Source: Planctomycetota bacterium
GTDB lineage: Bacteria; Planctomycetota; B15-G4; SIAN01
Direction: 5' to 3'
Length of the DNA stretch: 64,000 bases
Assembly (NCBI GenBank): GCA_031409275.1
Contig: JANNXA010000036.1
Span: forward strand, 32,001 to 96,000
Shown here: positions 48,434 through 58,668 of the stretch, one piece after another
Layout: each line of letters opens with the position of its first letter
How positions within the stretch are numbered: the stretch's first letter is position 1
Program-made: the position numbers and the translations under genes
Notes under the pieces: model-generated
Told to the model about the DNA's origin: nothing
The model's input: only the letters and a program-made list of their open reading frames with translations
Databases searched by the model: none

Positions 48434-49233
48434 GAGCGCTCCTGTTCGTCATCGCGCTCGCGACGCTCGGCTGGGCGGGCGCCGATTTCTGGCACAAGAC
48501 GCGACCGATGCTGGCGGAACTGCCCGACCTGCGCGACCGAGTCAGCGCGCAGCTCACGGACGGCATCGGGCGCGCGCGCGCACTCGGGACGTCGCCGCCA
48601 CGCGCAAGCGAGGTCGAGGCGGCGCGACGTGCGGCTGCGGACTGCCTCGCCGAGACCGCCGCGCTGGCGAATCGCTGGTACTCGGGCGCACGGAGCGGCT
48701 CCGACTACCTCCAGCCGCGAGCGATGCGGCCGAATGGCGAAACCGGCGCCGCACTGCGTCGGCGGCTCGAAGAGCTGCTGCTCTCGCTGCCGGTCGACTT
48801 GAAGAAGCTCCCCGCCTCGACGCCGATTCGACTCGGCCTGCTGACGCCGTCGTTGACTCGATCGCTCGACCTTGCCGCACCGGAGTTCGAGGATCAGGTC
48901 GAGCGCGCCGTCGTCGCCAGCTTCCTTGCGGACACCTTGCGCAGCGCGACCGCGATCGCAATCGACGACGTCAGCGCGATTCGCAACGGCGACGGTCAAC
49001 TCGAACTGCGGTTGCGCGCGACGGGATCGCTCGACGACGTGGTCGCGCTTGGAGACGCGCTCGTGGCCGCGACCGACGCCGTCCCGCCTCGTCGCCTCAT
49101 GCAGTACCACCTGCGCTGCCTGGAGCAGGCGGAATGGAGTTCGAAGAGCGCCGACCTCGCTTCGCCCCCGCTGCAACTCGAGATGGCCATCGCCTTCTGC
49201 TTTCCTTCGACAGTCGGGGAGGGCGCGCGATGA
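48430..49233 (+). CDS. N-anchored periplasmic protein, in the PilO position
   Basis: N-terminal TM, helical stretch, beta-rich C-terminus (LELRLRATGSLDDV); ATGA overlaps on both sides; PilO call is positional only. Confidence 0.45.
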   Translation: MRALLFVIALATLGWAGADFWHKTRPMLAELPDLRDRVSAQLTDGIGRARALGTSPPRASEVEAARRAAADCLAETAALANRWYSGARSGSDYLQPRAMRPNGETGAALRRRLEELLLSLPVDLKKLPASTPIRLGLLTPSLTRSLDLAAPEFEDQVERAVVASFLADTLRSATAIAIDDVSAIRNGDGQLELRLRATGSLDDVVALGDALVAATDAVPPRRLMQYHLRCLEQAEWSSKSADLASPPLQLEMAIAFCFPSTVGEGAR

Positions 49234-50327
49234 AGCTCGGTGACACGAACGGAACCGGAACGAGTCGGTCGCAGGCGGCGCAGGCACGCTTCGTCGGGCC
49301 GCTGTTGTTGACAGCGTTTCTGGGCGCAGGTACGGTTCCCGCCCTGCTTTTCTGGTTCCAGCAGGCGAGGGAGCGGGAGTTTCGCGGCCTCCAAGGGGAG
49401 CTCGACCTGCAGCTTCGGAGCGGAACGACGGAACGCCGCGAAACGCTGCCGACCCGAGTGTTGGACGAGCGCGAAGCGCCGACTCAGTTCCAGCTTCCGG
49501 AGCGCAGTTCACTCCACTTCCGCAGCGAGCTCGCCTTTTCTGCCGCGCAGATCGAGTCGTTCCGCGCCAAGCGTTCACGCGAAGGAGAATTCGAGCGCGC
49601 GCTGAATCCTCCGACTTCGCTGGCGGCGACCGTTCGTTCGGGGGCGATCGAGCTTTCGTGGGAGCCGCCAGTCGATCTCGACCAGGTTCGGGATCGGCTG
49701 CAGGGCCAGCCGTTACTGCGTTTGGGGTTCCGGGTATACCGCTGGCGCGAGGGTGATGAGCCGAAGCTGCTCACCACGTTCGAAGGCGGCAAGACAGCAT
49801 TTCAGGACCGCGACCTGCCTCTTTGGCGGGAGCGGTTCTTCTACTGTGTGGCGACGGTGCTCGAAGGCACGATCGGCGAACTGCCGACCCTCATCGAAAG
49901 CAAGCGCTCCTCGGTGATCACGGCTGACACTCTCGAGCAGTTCACCCTGCGGGTCCTCGATGGCGAGGCGGACCATGTCCGCTGCGCGCTCGAGGCCTCG
50001 CTTGACGGACGGCGCCACGAACTGACCTTTGACGTAGCGGTCGGCCATCCGATCGTTCCGCCGCCCGCGGCCGACCTCGACGCCGAGGAGGCCGTCCGCC
50101 TCGACACCGGACTCACCGTGGAGTCGGCGCGGTGGATCGACGGTACGCTGTCCGTCTTGCGACAACGCCCTGAGTTCTTGCCGGACGGACGGCGCAAGCT
50201 CGATCCGGCCAGCGGTGCTCCAACGTTTCGGTCCGAGTCGGGCAGTGTGCCGACGCGAACTCTCGAAGTGACCTGCCGCGATCGTTCCGGTGCAACCCGG
50301 ACCTTCACATCGGCTGCCCCGAACTGA
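49230..50327 (+). CDS. Bitopic protein with a fibronectin-III-like domain
   Basis: TM near the N-terminus; LNPPTSLAA..IELSWEPP..GFRVYRW..FQD..FFYCVAT. Confidence 0.6.
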   Translation: MKLGDTNGTGTSRSQAAQARFVGPLLLTAFLGAGTVPALLFWFQQAREREFRGLQGELDLQLRSGTTERRETLPTRVLDEREAPTQFQLPERSSLHFRSELAFSAAQIESFRAKRSREGEFERALNPPTSLAATVRSGAIELSWEPPVDLDQVRDRLQGQPLLRLGFRVYRWREGDEPKLLTTFEGGKTAFQDRDLPLWRERFFYCVATVLEGTIGELPTLIESKRSSVITADTLEQFTLRVLDGEADHVRCALEASLDGRRHELTFDVAVGHPIVPPPAADLDAEEAVRLDTGLTVESARWIDGTLSVLRQRPEFLPDGRRKLDPASGAPTFRSESGSVPTRTLEVTCRDRSGATRTFTSAAPN

Positions 50328-50382
50328 TAGACCTATAGGGATTCGGCCGTTCCTCGGTGCGAGGAACCTGGAGATCCAGAAG

Positions 50383-52968
50383 ATGCGAACGAGCCCACCT
50401 CTCCTCGGCGCGCTGACGGCGGCTTCGCTGTCCGTGATCGGCGGTTGCTCCACGCACCCCGACGGAGCGACGTCGTCACCTGCCGGTGGCAACGACGCCA
50501 CCGCTCCGGTTGCCACGAACGTCGCGCCGAATGTGGCCGCGGCCACACAAGACGCCGGCAGCCTGCGCGCGCAGAAAGTCGCGACGCTCGTCCAGGGCTA
50601 TCTCGACAGCGCGAAGACGGCGCTTGCTCGCGGCGACGCCGAGGCGGCGCACGCGGCGCTGCTCGACGCGTATGAGATCGACCCCGGAAACCTCGAGGTC
50701 AAGAACCTCCTCGACTCGGTCGGCGTGCAGCTTGGCAAGCGGCCGAGCACCGTGGGCGATGTGGCTCGCGCGGCGGCCGACCAGGATCGCGTGCGACGCG
50801 CCCAGGCTCGACTCGAAGTCGAGAACAAGCTCGTCGAATCGGATCAGCGCCGAGTGCAGGGCGACTTCGATGCCGCCATCCGCTCGCTGCAAGACGCCGA
50901 ACTGATCCTCCGCTGGAATCCCTACCTCGGTGGCACCACCGACATGGGAGTGACCGAAGAGTCGCTGCGCCAGCGCATCGCGGAACTGACGGCCGCGCGC
51001 GCCACGCAGGAGCGTGATGCGACGGCCGAGCGCGAGCAGCGTGCGCTCGCCGAAAAGGCGGCTCGCGAGGCCGAAGAGCGCGAACGCGCGCAGAACCTCG
51101 TCAACCGCTTCTTGCGCCAGGCCAACGACGCCTTCTATGCCGAGCGCTACAAGGAAGCCGCCGCCTTCTGCGACCAGGTTCTCGACCTCCAGCCGCAGCA
51201 CGTCGAGGCGACCGAGCTCAAGCTCACCGCGCAGCAAGCGTGGCACTCCGCCGAGCAGGATCAGTATCGAACCGCCTACAAGGACCACTGGCGCGAGATC
51301 TTCGACCAGATCGATCTCATGAACACGCCGGTCACCGAGGACATCTCGTTCCCGGCCAAGGCCGACTGGGAGAAGATCCGCAAGCAGGGCCCGATCCACT
51401 TCCGCCTTCAGGGTGAGCAGATCAAGCCCGAAGATCAGCGGATCTGGGACATCCTCAACAACACGCGCGTCGAGCTGAACTTCAACGAGACCAAGCTGCC
51501 GGACGCTGTCGAGTGGCTCCACGTCAACACCGGCATCAACTTCATCATCGATCAGCCGGTCCTTGACGCTGGCACCGACACCGGCGCCGCCTTGACCGTC
51601 GCCTCGATCACCGCCAAGGGCGCGCTCGAGCTGATCTCGACGGTCTATGGCGTGCTCTACGTCGTGCGCGACGGGGTGATCACGATCATCACCAAAGAGA
51701 CGGCGAAGGGTGGCGAGTACATCGAGATCTACGACGTGCGCGACCTCATCAACAAGGTCGCCTCGTTCCCCTCCACCGACTTCAACCTCTCTCCGTCGGG
51801 TGCGGTCGACGAGGAACCGCCGGAAGCGCCCGAGCCCACTCCGTTCGTCATCGAGGGCGATGCGCTGCGCGACCTGATCACGAACAACATCGACCCGTCG
51901 ACGTGGGAAGGCAACACCAACGTCACGATGAACCTGCAGCAGTCGGGCGCTCTCGTCGTGCGCCAGACGGCCGACGTCCACGCCAAGATCGATCAGCTGC
52001 TCTCCGACCTTCGCGCCAACGCCCGCACGATGGTCAACATCCAGACGCGCTTCCTCTCGCTCGAAGATCGCTTCCTCGAGGACATCGGCGTCGACTTCCG
52101 CGGGCTGAATGGGCAGAACGGCTCGTCCTCGACCGCCTCGGTGCCGAACATCGTCCTCGACGATCAGGGCACGCCGGGATCGGGCGGCGTCGGCTCGCCC
52201 GGCGCTCCGAGTGGCATCGGCACCGGCAACGATGCAGGTGCCTTCTTCACCGAGAACGGCGGCGACTTCAATGCACGCGGCCGGCTCGAGAATCTCTACG
52301 ACCTGTCGCTCGGCGATGAGAGCTTCCGCGCCTCGGGTGGCGCCTCTATCGAGTTCACCTACTTCGACGACACCATCGCCGAAGCGATCCTGCGAGCGGT
52401 CACCAAGACGACCCAGTCGGAAGTGGTCCATGCTCCGAACCTGACCGTGTTCAACGGCCAGCGCGCCCACATCAACGTCCTGAACCACATCAGCTACGTG
52501 CAGGATTTCGAGGCAGAGATCGCGCAGGGCGCCGTGATCGCCGACCCGATCGTGAAGGTCCTCCGCGATGGCCCGACGCTCGACGTGCGTCCGGTCGTCT
52601 CCTCTGACAAGCGCTTCGTGACCATGGAAGTTCGGCCGACGCTGCTCGACCTCGTCGAGCCGATCGCGACCTTCCGTACCTCGCTCGCAGTCGGCAACGA
52701 AGTCGAGCTGCAGCTGCCGATCCTCAAGATCCAGCGCCTGCGCACGACGGTGACGATCCCCGACGGTGCGACGCTCATGCTCGGCGGCATGAAGTCGCTG
52801 GTCGACAAGCGGCTCGACTCGGGGATCCCGTTCCTGAAGGACATTCCGCTGGTCTCGTTCTTCGCTAGCCGCAAGGGCACCGAGAAGAGCAAGACGAAGG
52901 TCATGATCTTGGTGCGTGCCAAGATCATCATCCCGGAGGAGTACGAGCCTTCGACCTCGCGCAACTGA
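50383..52968 (+). CDS. Secretin (GspD/PilQ superfamily), lipoprotein with a helical/TPR N-terminal extension
   Basis: Lipobox-like IGGC; YDVRDL and LVVRQT (N3-like); APNLTVFNGQRA, LDVRPVVS, TTVTIPDGATLMLGG, GIPFLKDIP. Confidence 0.88.
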   Translation: MRTSPPLLGALTAASLSVIGGCSTHPDGATSSPAGGNDATAPVATNVAPNVAAATQDAGSLRAQKVATLVQGYLDSAKTALARGDAEAAHAALLDAYEIDPGNLEVKNLLDSVGVQLGKRPSTVGDVARAAADQDRVRRAQARLEVENKLVESDQRRVQGDFDAAIRSLQDAELILRWNPYLGGTTDMGVTEESLRQRIAELTAARATQERDATAEREQRALAEKAAREAEERERAQNLVNRFLRQANDAFYAERYKEAAAFCDQVLDLQPQHVEATELKLTAQQAWHSAEQDQYRTAYKDHWREIFDQIDLMNTPVTEDISFPAKADWEKIRKQGPIHFRLQGEQIKPEDQRIWDILNNTRVELNFNETKLPDAVEWLHVNTGINFIIDQPVLDAGTDTGAALTVASITAKGALELISTVYGVLYVVRDGVITIITKETAKGGEYIEIYDVRDLINKVASFPSTDFNLSPSGAVDEEPPEAPEPTPFVIEGDALRDLITNNIDPSTWEGNTNVTMNLQQSGALVVRQTADVHAKIDQLLSDLRANARTMVNIQTRFLSLEDRFLEDIGVDFRGLNGQNGSSSTASVPNIVLDDQGTPGSGGVGSPGAPSGIGTGNDAGAFFTENGGDFNARGRLENLYDLSLGDESFRASGGASIEFTYFDDTIAEAILRAVTKTTQSEVVHAPNLTVFNGQRAHINVLNHISYVQDFEAEIAQGAVIADPIVKVLRDGPTLDVRPVVSSDKRFVTMEVRPTLLDLVEPIATFRTSLAVGNEVELQLPILKIQRLRTTVTIPDGATLMLGGMKSLVDKRLDSGIPFLKDIPLVSFFASRKGTEKSKTKVMILVRAKIIIPEEYEPSTSRN

Positions 52969-53134
52969 GACCCTGACGCCTCCTGCGCAAGGCGGGCCGA
53001 ACCTGCCTCCCCCACCCGCGTTCTGAAGGAGCGTGGGTCCTTCTCCGGTCCAAGGCTGGAATTGGCAGAAGCTGCCGGCCGCCCGGGAGAGACAGACCCT
53101 CTCCCGGGCGGTCTCGTTCATTGGAGCCTCTCAC

Positions 53135-56029
53135 ATGTCGAATCGACTCTGGAAGTCGTGGTGGGCGTTCGGCTTGCTGGCACTTGCGACGCCCGCTCGC
53201 GCGCAATCCTGGGAACTCCAGGATGAGATCGGGTTCGCCAAGAACATGGCGCGCTATCGCCTGTTCGACCTCGCAACCGAGCACATCCAGAACATCGAGA
53301 AGGGCAACCTCACGGCAGAGGACCGCAACGCGTGCCTCTACGCACGCGCCTTCATCGAGAAGCTCGGCGGCGACTTCGACACGACGCCTGAGGGACGTCT
53401 GTCACTGCTCAAGTCCGCGATCGGCCACTACAACGAGTTCCTCGGCAAGATCGGCGCCGACAACAAGAACGGCGATGACGCGCGCTCCGAAGCGGCCGCC
53501 TGCCAGCGCAAACTCGGTGCGCTCTATGCAGAGCTCGCCGCAGCCGGCACGGATGCCGAAGCGAACAAGAAGGAAGCGGAGACCGCGTTCCGGGCCGCCG
53601 TTCAACAGCTGAACGCGTTGCACAACGCTCGCCTGAAGAAGTACGAGGCGATGCCGGAGGAAGAGGAAGACCCCAACGCCGATCCGAACGAGCCGACCCC
53701 TCGCTCTGCGAAGGATGAGGCGAAGATCGACGCCTTCGAGCCGGTCTACGAGCTCGCCGCCACCTACTACGACTGGGCGCAGCTCTATCCCGAGAACGAC
53801 CTCAATCGGCAGGACTACCTGAAGAAGTCGCTCGAGCAGACCACAACCTACACGTGGGAACTCGGCGCCGAGACCATCCGCAGCTACGACGTGAACTTCT
53901 ACGCCGGGCTCGCGAACATCGGATTGAACCAGCTCGATGACGGACTCGCGATGCTCGAGTACGTCGTCAGCGCCGAGACCGGCGTGCCCGCGGTCATCGA
54001 GAACAACCCCGACCTGCCTCCCGACGTCGTCGGAGAGCTCACGCGGATGGTCGAGAAGACCTACCGCGAACTCGCGCAGATCTACAACAAGCAGACCAAG
54101 TACGCTGAAACCGACAAGCTGCAGGCGCGCGTCGAGGAGTACTACAAGAAGTTCTCCGCGCGCGGCGCCCAGCGGACCAACGTAGGCGAACTGTTCCTGC
54201 TCGAGGTCGGAGTCGCGCGCTTCAAGGCGGGCAACCCCAACGGCATGAAGCTGCTGGAGGAGATCGCCAAGCGCAACCCCGGCAACGAGGTCGGCCAGAA
54301 GGCCGGCGAGCTCATGGCCGACGCAATCCGGAGCAACGCGGGGGTCGGCGGAGCGGTCGGCAAAGTCCCGCCGAGTACCTGGATCACGACGGCCGATGCC
54401 GCCCGCAACCAGAACAAGATGTTGGACGCGATCGACAGCTACCACAACGCGATCGGCTCGCTCGAACTCGTCACCGATGCCAAGGAGCGCACCAACCTCG
54501 AGATCGCCTGCTGGTCCGACATCGGGACCTGCTACCGCAGCATGTCGCGCCACGTCGAGGCTTCCTTCGCGTTCCAGGAGGGCCTCACGCGCTGCGCCGG
54601 AGCGACCGGAATCGATGAGGAGACGGTCCAGCAGGTTGGCATCGCCTGGTACAACACGCTCGTCTCGCGCTTCAAGGAGACGAAGGACGATGCCGACAAG
54701 CGCGCGAAGGACAGCGCGCTCCGCAAGCTCGCCAGCGACTTCAAGGTCAAGAACACCGAGTACCTGGTCGCCAAGGATGAGTTCGAACAGGCCCGCGTGC
54801 TCCCCGCCGAGAAGAAGGACGAACGGCTGAAGGCGTTCGCCGAATGCGCGCAGAAGCTCGGCGCGATCAAGGACAGCGACTCGAACTACGATCGCGCGCG
54901 CATCCTGCTCGCGCGCTGCCACGGGGAACAGGGCGAAGTCGACCCCAAGAAGTGGGAGACGGCTCTCACGACGCTCGACTCGTTCGACAAGTACGCGAAG
55001 GAGAACGAGACTCCGGCCGACAAGGCGCGCATCGTCAATCGCGAAGTCAGCCGCACCGAGTCGACCTACTACCGCTCGGAGTACCTCCTCGACCTGAAGC
55101 GCCACGCCGAGGTGCTCGACGTCCTGAAGAGCTTCGAGAAGGACTTCCCTGCGCAGAAGGACTTCTACGCGGAGGTCAACTACCGCCGCCTGATGTCGCT
55201 GCTGGCGCTGAATCGTTTCCCCGAGGCCGAGTCGCTCTTCATCGACGTGACCAAGCAGATCGAGTCAGGCGCCCTCAAGCCCTGGCGCGACTCGGCCGGC
55301 TACTGGCTGGCGCGCGGCTACCTTGACGCTGGCGAGAAGGAAGCCGACGCGGCCAAGCAAGGCGCGCTGCTCGCCAAGGGTGCCGAGCTGATGACGGCCT
55401 ACTGCCGCGCCACGGCGTACCAGAGCTACAACAACCTGCTCTCCGCCGCTGAGACGTGGGCCCGCATCAAGAACTGGGCGAAGGCGGAGGAGACCTATCG
55501 CAAGCTGATCGACGTCTTCGGCAAGGAAGCGCAGTACAAGGAGAACATCGATCTCCGCGTCCGGCGCACGCTCGCCGACGTGCTGATGAATCAGCGCAAG
55601 TTCTCCGACGCCGCGCCGCTGTTCCGGGAGCTCGAGGTTCGCTTCGCCAAGGACCCGGCGCTGCTCGGACAGGCCGCGCGCTGCTATGGCGGCTGGGTCG
55701 AGATCGTCGACCGCAAGGCGGTCGAGGTGCCGGGCGCGGGCGACTACAAGCGCGCCGTCGACCTCTGGAAGATCCTGATGGAGAAGGGCTTCAAGAAAGA
55801 GGACGAGAAGGTCACCCCTGCCTGGTTCGACGCGAAGTACCTCTCGATCTATGCGCGCTACCGCGCGAAGGAACTCGACCCTGCGTACCTCCAGGAGGCG
55901 CAGGCGCTGATCGGCAACTTCAAGAACAACGTCTGGGACTTCCTGAAGGACGAGCCTGACTTCTTGACCCGCATCGGCGGCGAAGAGGGCAAGCGCCGCT
56001 GGGAGTACCTGTTCGAGCGCCTCCAGTAG
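53135..56029 (+). CDS. Large exported TPR/alpha-solenoid protein
   Basis: Signal peptide ending PARA; repeated TPR-like helices; GGAG upstream of the ATG. Confidence 0.8.
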   Translation: MSNRLWKSWWAFGLLALATPARAQSWELQDEIGFAKNMARYRLFDLATEHIQNIEKGNLTAEDRNACLYARAFIEKLGGDFDTTPEGRLSLLKSAIGHYNEFLGKIGADNKNGDDARSEAAACQRKLGALYAELAAAGTDAEANKKEAETAFRAAVQQLNALHNARLKKYEAMPEEEEDPNADPNEPTPRSAKDEAKIDAFEPVYELAATYYDWAQLYPENDLNRQDYLKKSLEQTTTYTWELGAETIRSYDVNFYAGLANIGLNQLDDGLAMLEYVVSAETGVPAVIENNPDLPPDVVGELTRMVEKTYRELAQIYNKQTKYAETDKLQARVEEYYKKFSARGAQRTNVGELFLLEVGVARFKAGNPNGMKLLEEIAKRNPGNEVGQKAGELMADAIRSNAGVGGAVGKVPPSTWITTADAARNQNKMLDAIDSYHNAIGSLELVTDAKERTNLEIACWSDIGTCYRSMSRHVEASFAFQEGLTRCAGATGIDEETVQQVGIAWYNTLVSRFKETKDDADKRAKDSALRKLASDFKVKNTEYLVAKDEFEQARVLPAEKKDERLKAFAECAQKLGAIKDSDSNYDRARILLARCHGEQGEVDPKKWETALTTLDSFDKYAKENETPADKARIVNREVSRTESTYYRSEYLLDLKRHAEVLDVLKSFEKDFPAQKDFYAEVNYRRLMSLLALNRFPEAESLFIDVTKQIESGALKPWRDSAGYWLARGYLDAGEKEADAAKQGALLAKGAELMTAYCRATAYQSYNNLLSAAETWARIKNWAKAEETYRKLIDVFGKEAQYKENIDLRVRRTLADVLMNQRKFSDAAPLFRELEVRFAKDPALLGQAARCYGGWVEIVDRKAVEVPGAGDYKRAVDLWKILMEKGFKKEDEKVTPAWFDAKYLSIYARYRAKELDPAYLQEAQALIGNFKNNVWDFLKDEPDFLTRIGGEEGKRRWEYLFERLQ

Positions 56030-56070
56030 AGACCTTTCGCCTTCCGGCTCGGCGGTGCGCCGAACCGGGA

Positions 56071-56098
56071 TTGACCGACCCCTCGACCGACCTAAGAT
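56071..56098 (+). promoter_or_regulatory. Putative sigma70-type promoter for the TPR-exbB-exbD-exbD unit
   Basis: TTGACC (56071-76), 16 nt, TAAGAT (56093-98). Confidence 0.5.
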
Positions 56099-56177
56099 CC
56101 CGCGCTTCGAATCCGCCAGTTGCGACCTAGCCCGCGCAGCCCCGGCGTGTCCATCGAAGCGCTCGCGAGGTGCATTC

Positions 56178-57284
56178 GTGAGGAACAGCTCTCTCTTCTT
56201 GGCGCTCGTGGCCGCGGTGGCGGCCCCGTCGGCACGTGCGGATGAAATCCTCCAGAAGAGCGCCAAGAACCCGTTCAAGGGAACGGTGCAGTCGGAAGAC
56301 ATCAACAAGGTCAAGTACAAGCTTGACGGCGTCGCGCAGGTGCAGGAGATCGACTCCGCGCTGGTCGCCGACATCACCTACGACGACGCGCCGGAGGCCT
56401 TCACGAAGGGCAAAGAGTTGCTGAAGAAAGGCGACGCGGAGAACGCGGCCAACAGCTTCCGCCTCGCGCTGAAGTCGAAGACGAAGAACAACTGGATCAA
56501 CGTCTACGGCAACTACCAGCTCGGCGTCGCGCTGCAGATGTGGGGCGCGAAAGACGCCACCAAGCTCAAGGAAGCAGCGACAGTCTTCGCTCAGCTGTTG
56601 AAGGACTCGCCCGAGTGCCGCTTCATGCCGGACGCACTGAAGCGCGGCGCCGATGCGCTCGCCGCGAGCAAGGATGCCGCCGGTGCCGCCGCTCTCTACG
56701 ATCGCCTCGCGGAGGTCGCGCAGCAGAAGAAGCTCGGCATCCTCTGGGAAGCTGAGGCGCGAATCCGCAAGGCGGACGCCTACGTGACCGCCGGGATGAC
56801 CAAGGAGGCGGAAGCCGCCTACGCCGCGGCCGGAAGCTTCGCCGACTCGAACGCCGCGACGCAAAAGGACGAGCCGACGAAGCGCTTGCTGCTGGCGATC
56901 GTCGGACGCGCCCAGCTCTCCCAGGGTGGCGCGCTGCTGCGAAACAAGAAGTTCGCCGAAGCGCGCCAGTTCTTCGAGAAGGTGGCGATGGGCGCCAACG
57001 CTCAGTCTGACGTCATCGCCGCGGCGCTCAACGGCGTCGGCGAAGTCCTGCTCGAAGAGGGCAAGCCCAAAGAGGCGCTGGAGCGGTTCGCTCGGGTTCG
57101 CGTCCAGTACTACCTCGCCCGGGAAGAGGCGGCCCGCGCGACGTACTTCCTCGGTAAGACCTGCCTCGCCCTCAAAGATGCCGAGCCGAACGGCAAGAAG
57201 AAGGCGGCCGATTACTTCGCGGAAGTGGTCGAACGCTACGGCGACACCCCGTGGGCCGATCGCGCCCGCGCGGAGATCAAGTGA
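56178..57284 (+). CDS. Exported TPR protein (CpoB/BamD-like C-terminus)
   Basis: GTG after GAGG; signal ending SARA-DEI; small beta-rich N-domain, TPRs, VVERYGDTPWA. Confidence 0.78.
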   Translation: MRNSSLFLALVAAVAAPSARADEILQKSAKNPFKGTVQSEDINKVKYKLDGVAQVQEIDSALVADITYDDAPEAFTKGKELLKKGDAENAANSFRLALKSKTKNNWINVYGNYQLGVALQMWGAKDATKLKEAATVFAQLLKDSPECRFMPDALKRGADALAASKDAAGAAALYDRLAEVAQQKKLGILWEAEARIRKADAYVTAGMTKEAEAAYAAAGSFADSNAATQKDEPTKRLLLAIVGRAQLSQGGALLRNKKFAEARQFFEKVAMGANAQSDVIAAALNGVGEVLLEEGKPKEALERFARVRVQYYLAREEAARATYFLGKTCLALKDAEPNGKKKAADYFAEVVERYGDTPWADRARAEIK

Positions 57285-57387
57285 CCGCCGCCACTCGCGG
57301 CGCTATTCCACCACACGGTTCCACGCCGTCCCGTTGACGGCGCCTTCCAGGTCGGTTCGCGAACAGCAAGCTCAGGAGCACTTGTCC

Positions 57388-58113
57388 ATGACCCTCAAGA
57401 AGCTCGGTTTCACGATGCTCACGCTCGCTGCGGCATTCGCAGTCTCGGGCGTCGCCTTCGCTCAGGATGCTGCCAAGCCGCCTGACGTCTCCTTCTCCAT
57501 CTCCGAGATCCTGCGTGACGGTGGCTCGATCGGCCACTTCATCCTCGTCGTCTCGGTGATCGCACTTGGCGTGTCGATCGACTTCGCAGTCAACATCCGG
57601 CGCGTGAAGATGTGCCCGCCCGAAATCGTTGAGGAGATCGAGGCGCTCTTCGAGGCCGGCGACTATCAGGAAGCGGTCGACCTCTGCGAGGCCGAGCCGA
57701 CCATGTTCACCAATGTCGTCGCCGCAGGGCTCTCGAAGGTCAATCACGACTTTGCGACCATCGAGTCGGCACTCGGCCAAGCGATCGAAGAGGAGTCGGT
57801 CAAGCTGCACACGAAGGTCGGCTGGCTCTCCTTCATCTGCTCGGCCTCGACCCTGCTTGGCCTGCTCGGCACCATCCAAGGCATGATCGTCGCGTTCAAG
57901 ACGATTGCCGCCACGAAGGGCCAGGCCGACCCGTCGATGCTCTCGGGCGGTATCTCCGCCGCGCTCATCACGACGCTGTACGGTCTCTGCATCGCGATCC
58001 CGGTCTCGTTCTCGTTCGTCATCTTCCGCAACCGCGTGATCGCGACGACGATGGAGATCGGCACGATCATCGAAGAGCTCTTCGAGCGCTTCCGAACCAA
58101 GGCCGCTGCTTGA
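57388..58113 (+). CDS. MotA/TolQ/ExbB proton-channel protein
   Basis: LLGLLGTIQGMIVAF, GGISAALITTLYGLCIAIP; AGGAG upstream. Confidence 0.93.
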   Translation: MTLKKLGFTMLTLAAAFAVSGVAFAQDAAKPPDVSFSISEILRDGGSIGHFILVVSVIALGVSIDFAVNIRRVKMCPPEIVEEIEALFEAGDYQEAVDLCEAEPTMFTNVVAAGLSKVNHDFATIESALGQAIEEESVKLHTKVGWLSFICSASTLLGLLGTIQGMIVAFKTIAATKGQADPSMLSGGISAALITTLYGLCIAIPVSFSFVIFRNRVIATTMEIGTIIEELFERFRTKAAA

Positions 58114-58182
58114 CGTTCCGCACGTCGGCCGGAAACAAGTTCGGGGTCCTCGATCGGTCCTTGCTGAATCGGAGCTAGCGCC

Positions 58183-58665
58183 ATGAAGAAAGGCAGCATG
58201 CCGTCGATGTCGTTCGAACTCGACATGACGCCGATGATCGACTGCACGTTCAACTTGCTGATCTTCTTCATCCTGGTGGTCGACCTCGGCCAGCAGGAGC
58301 TCGAAAAGGTCACCCTGCCGCGTGCTTCTCAGTTCCAGAAGGACGACAAGAACGAGAAGGGGCGCAAGGTCGTCAATCTTGACATTGAAGGGACCATCAA
58401 GGTCAAGCGCCGTCCCTTCGCGCTCGAGCAGCTGCGCACCGATTTGAAGATCTGGTCGGACATGTACCCGCGTGAAGAGAACGGCCTCTGCAGCAAGTCG
58501 ATCCTCATCCGGACCGACCGCGGTACCGAGATGAAGCACGTCCAGAAAATCATGCAACTGTGCGGCGAGAAGGGGTTGCAGATCTACAAGATCGAACTCG
58601 CTTGCTCAGAGGACGCCACCGGCTTCCACGCCGTGGAGACGCCAGGCAAGAAAGGGCTGGAGTAA
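58183..58665 (+). CDS. ExbD/TolR-family protein 1
   Basis: LDMTPMIDCTFNLLIFF, VTLPRA, ILIRTDR, VQKIMQ. Confidence 0.92.
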   Translation: MKKGSMPSMSFELDMTPMIDCTFNLLIFFILVVDLGQQELEKVTLPRASQFQKDDKNEKGRKVVNLDIEGTIKVKRRPFALEQLRTDLKIWSDMYPREENGLCSKSILIRTDRGTEMKHVQKIMQLCGEKGLQIYKIELACSEDATGFHAVETPGKKGLE

Positions 58666-58668
58666 GCC

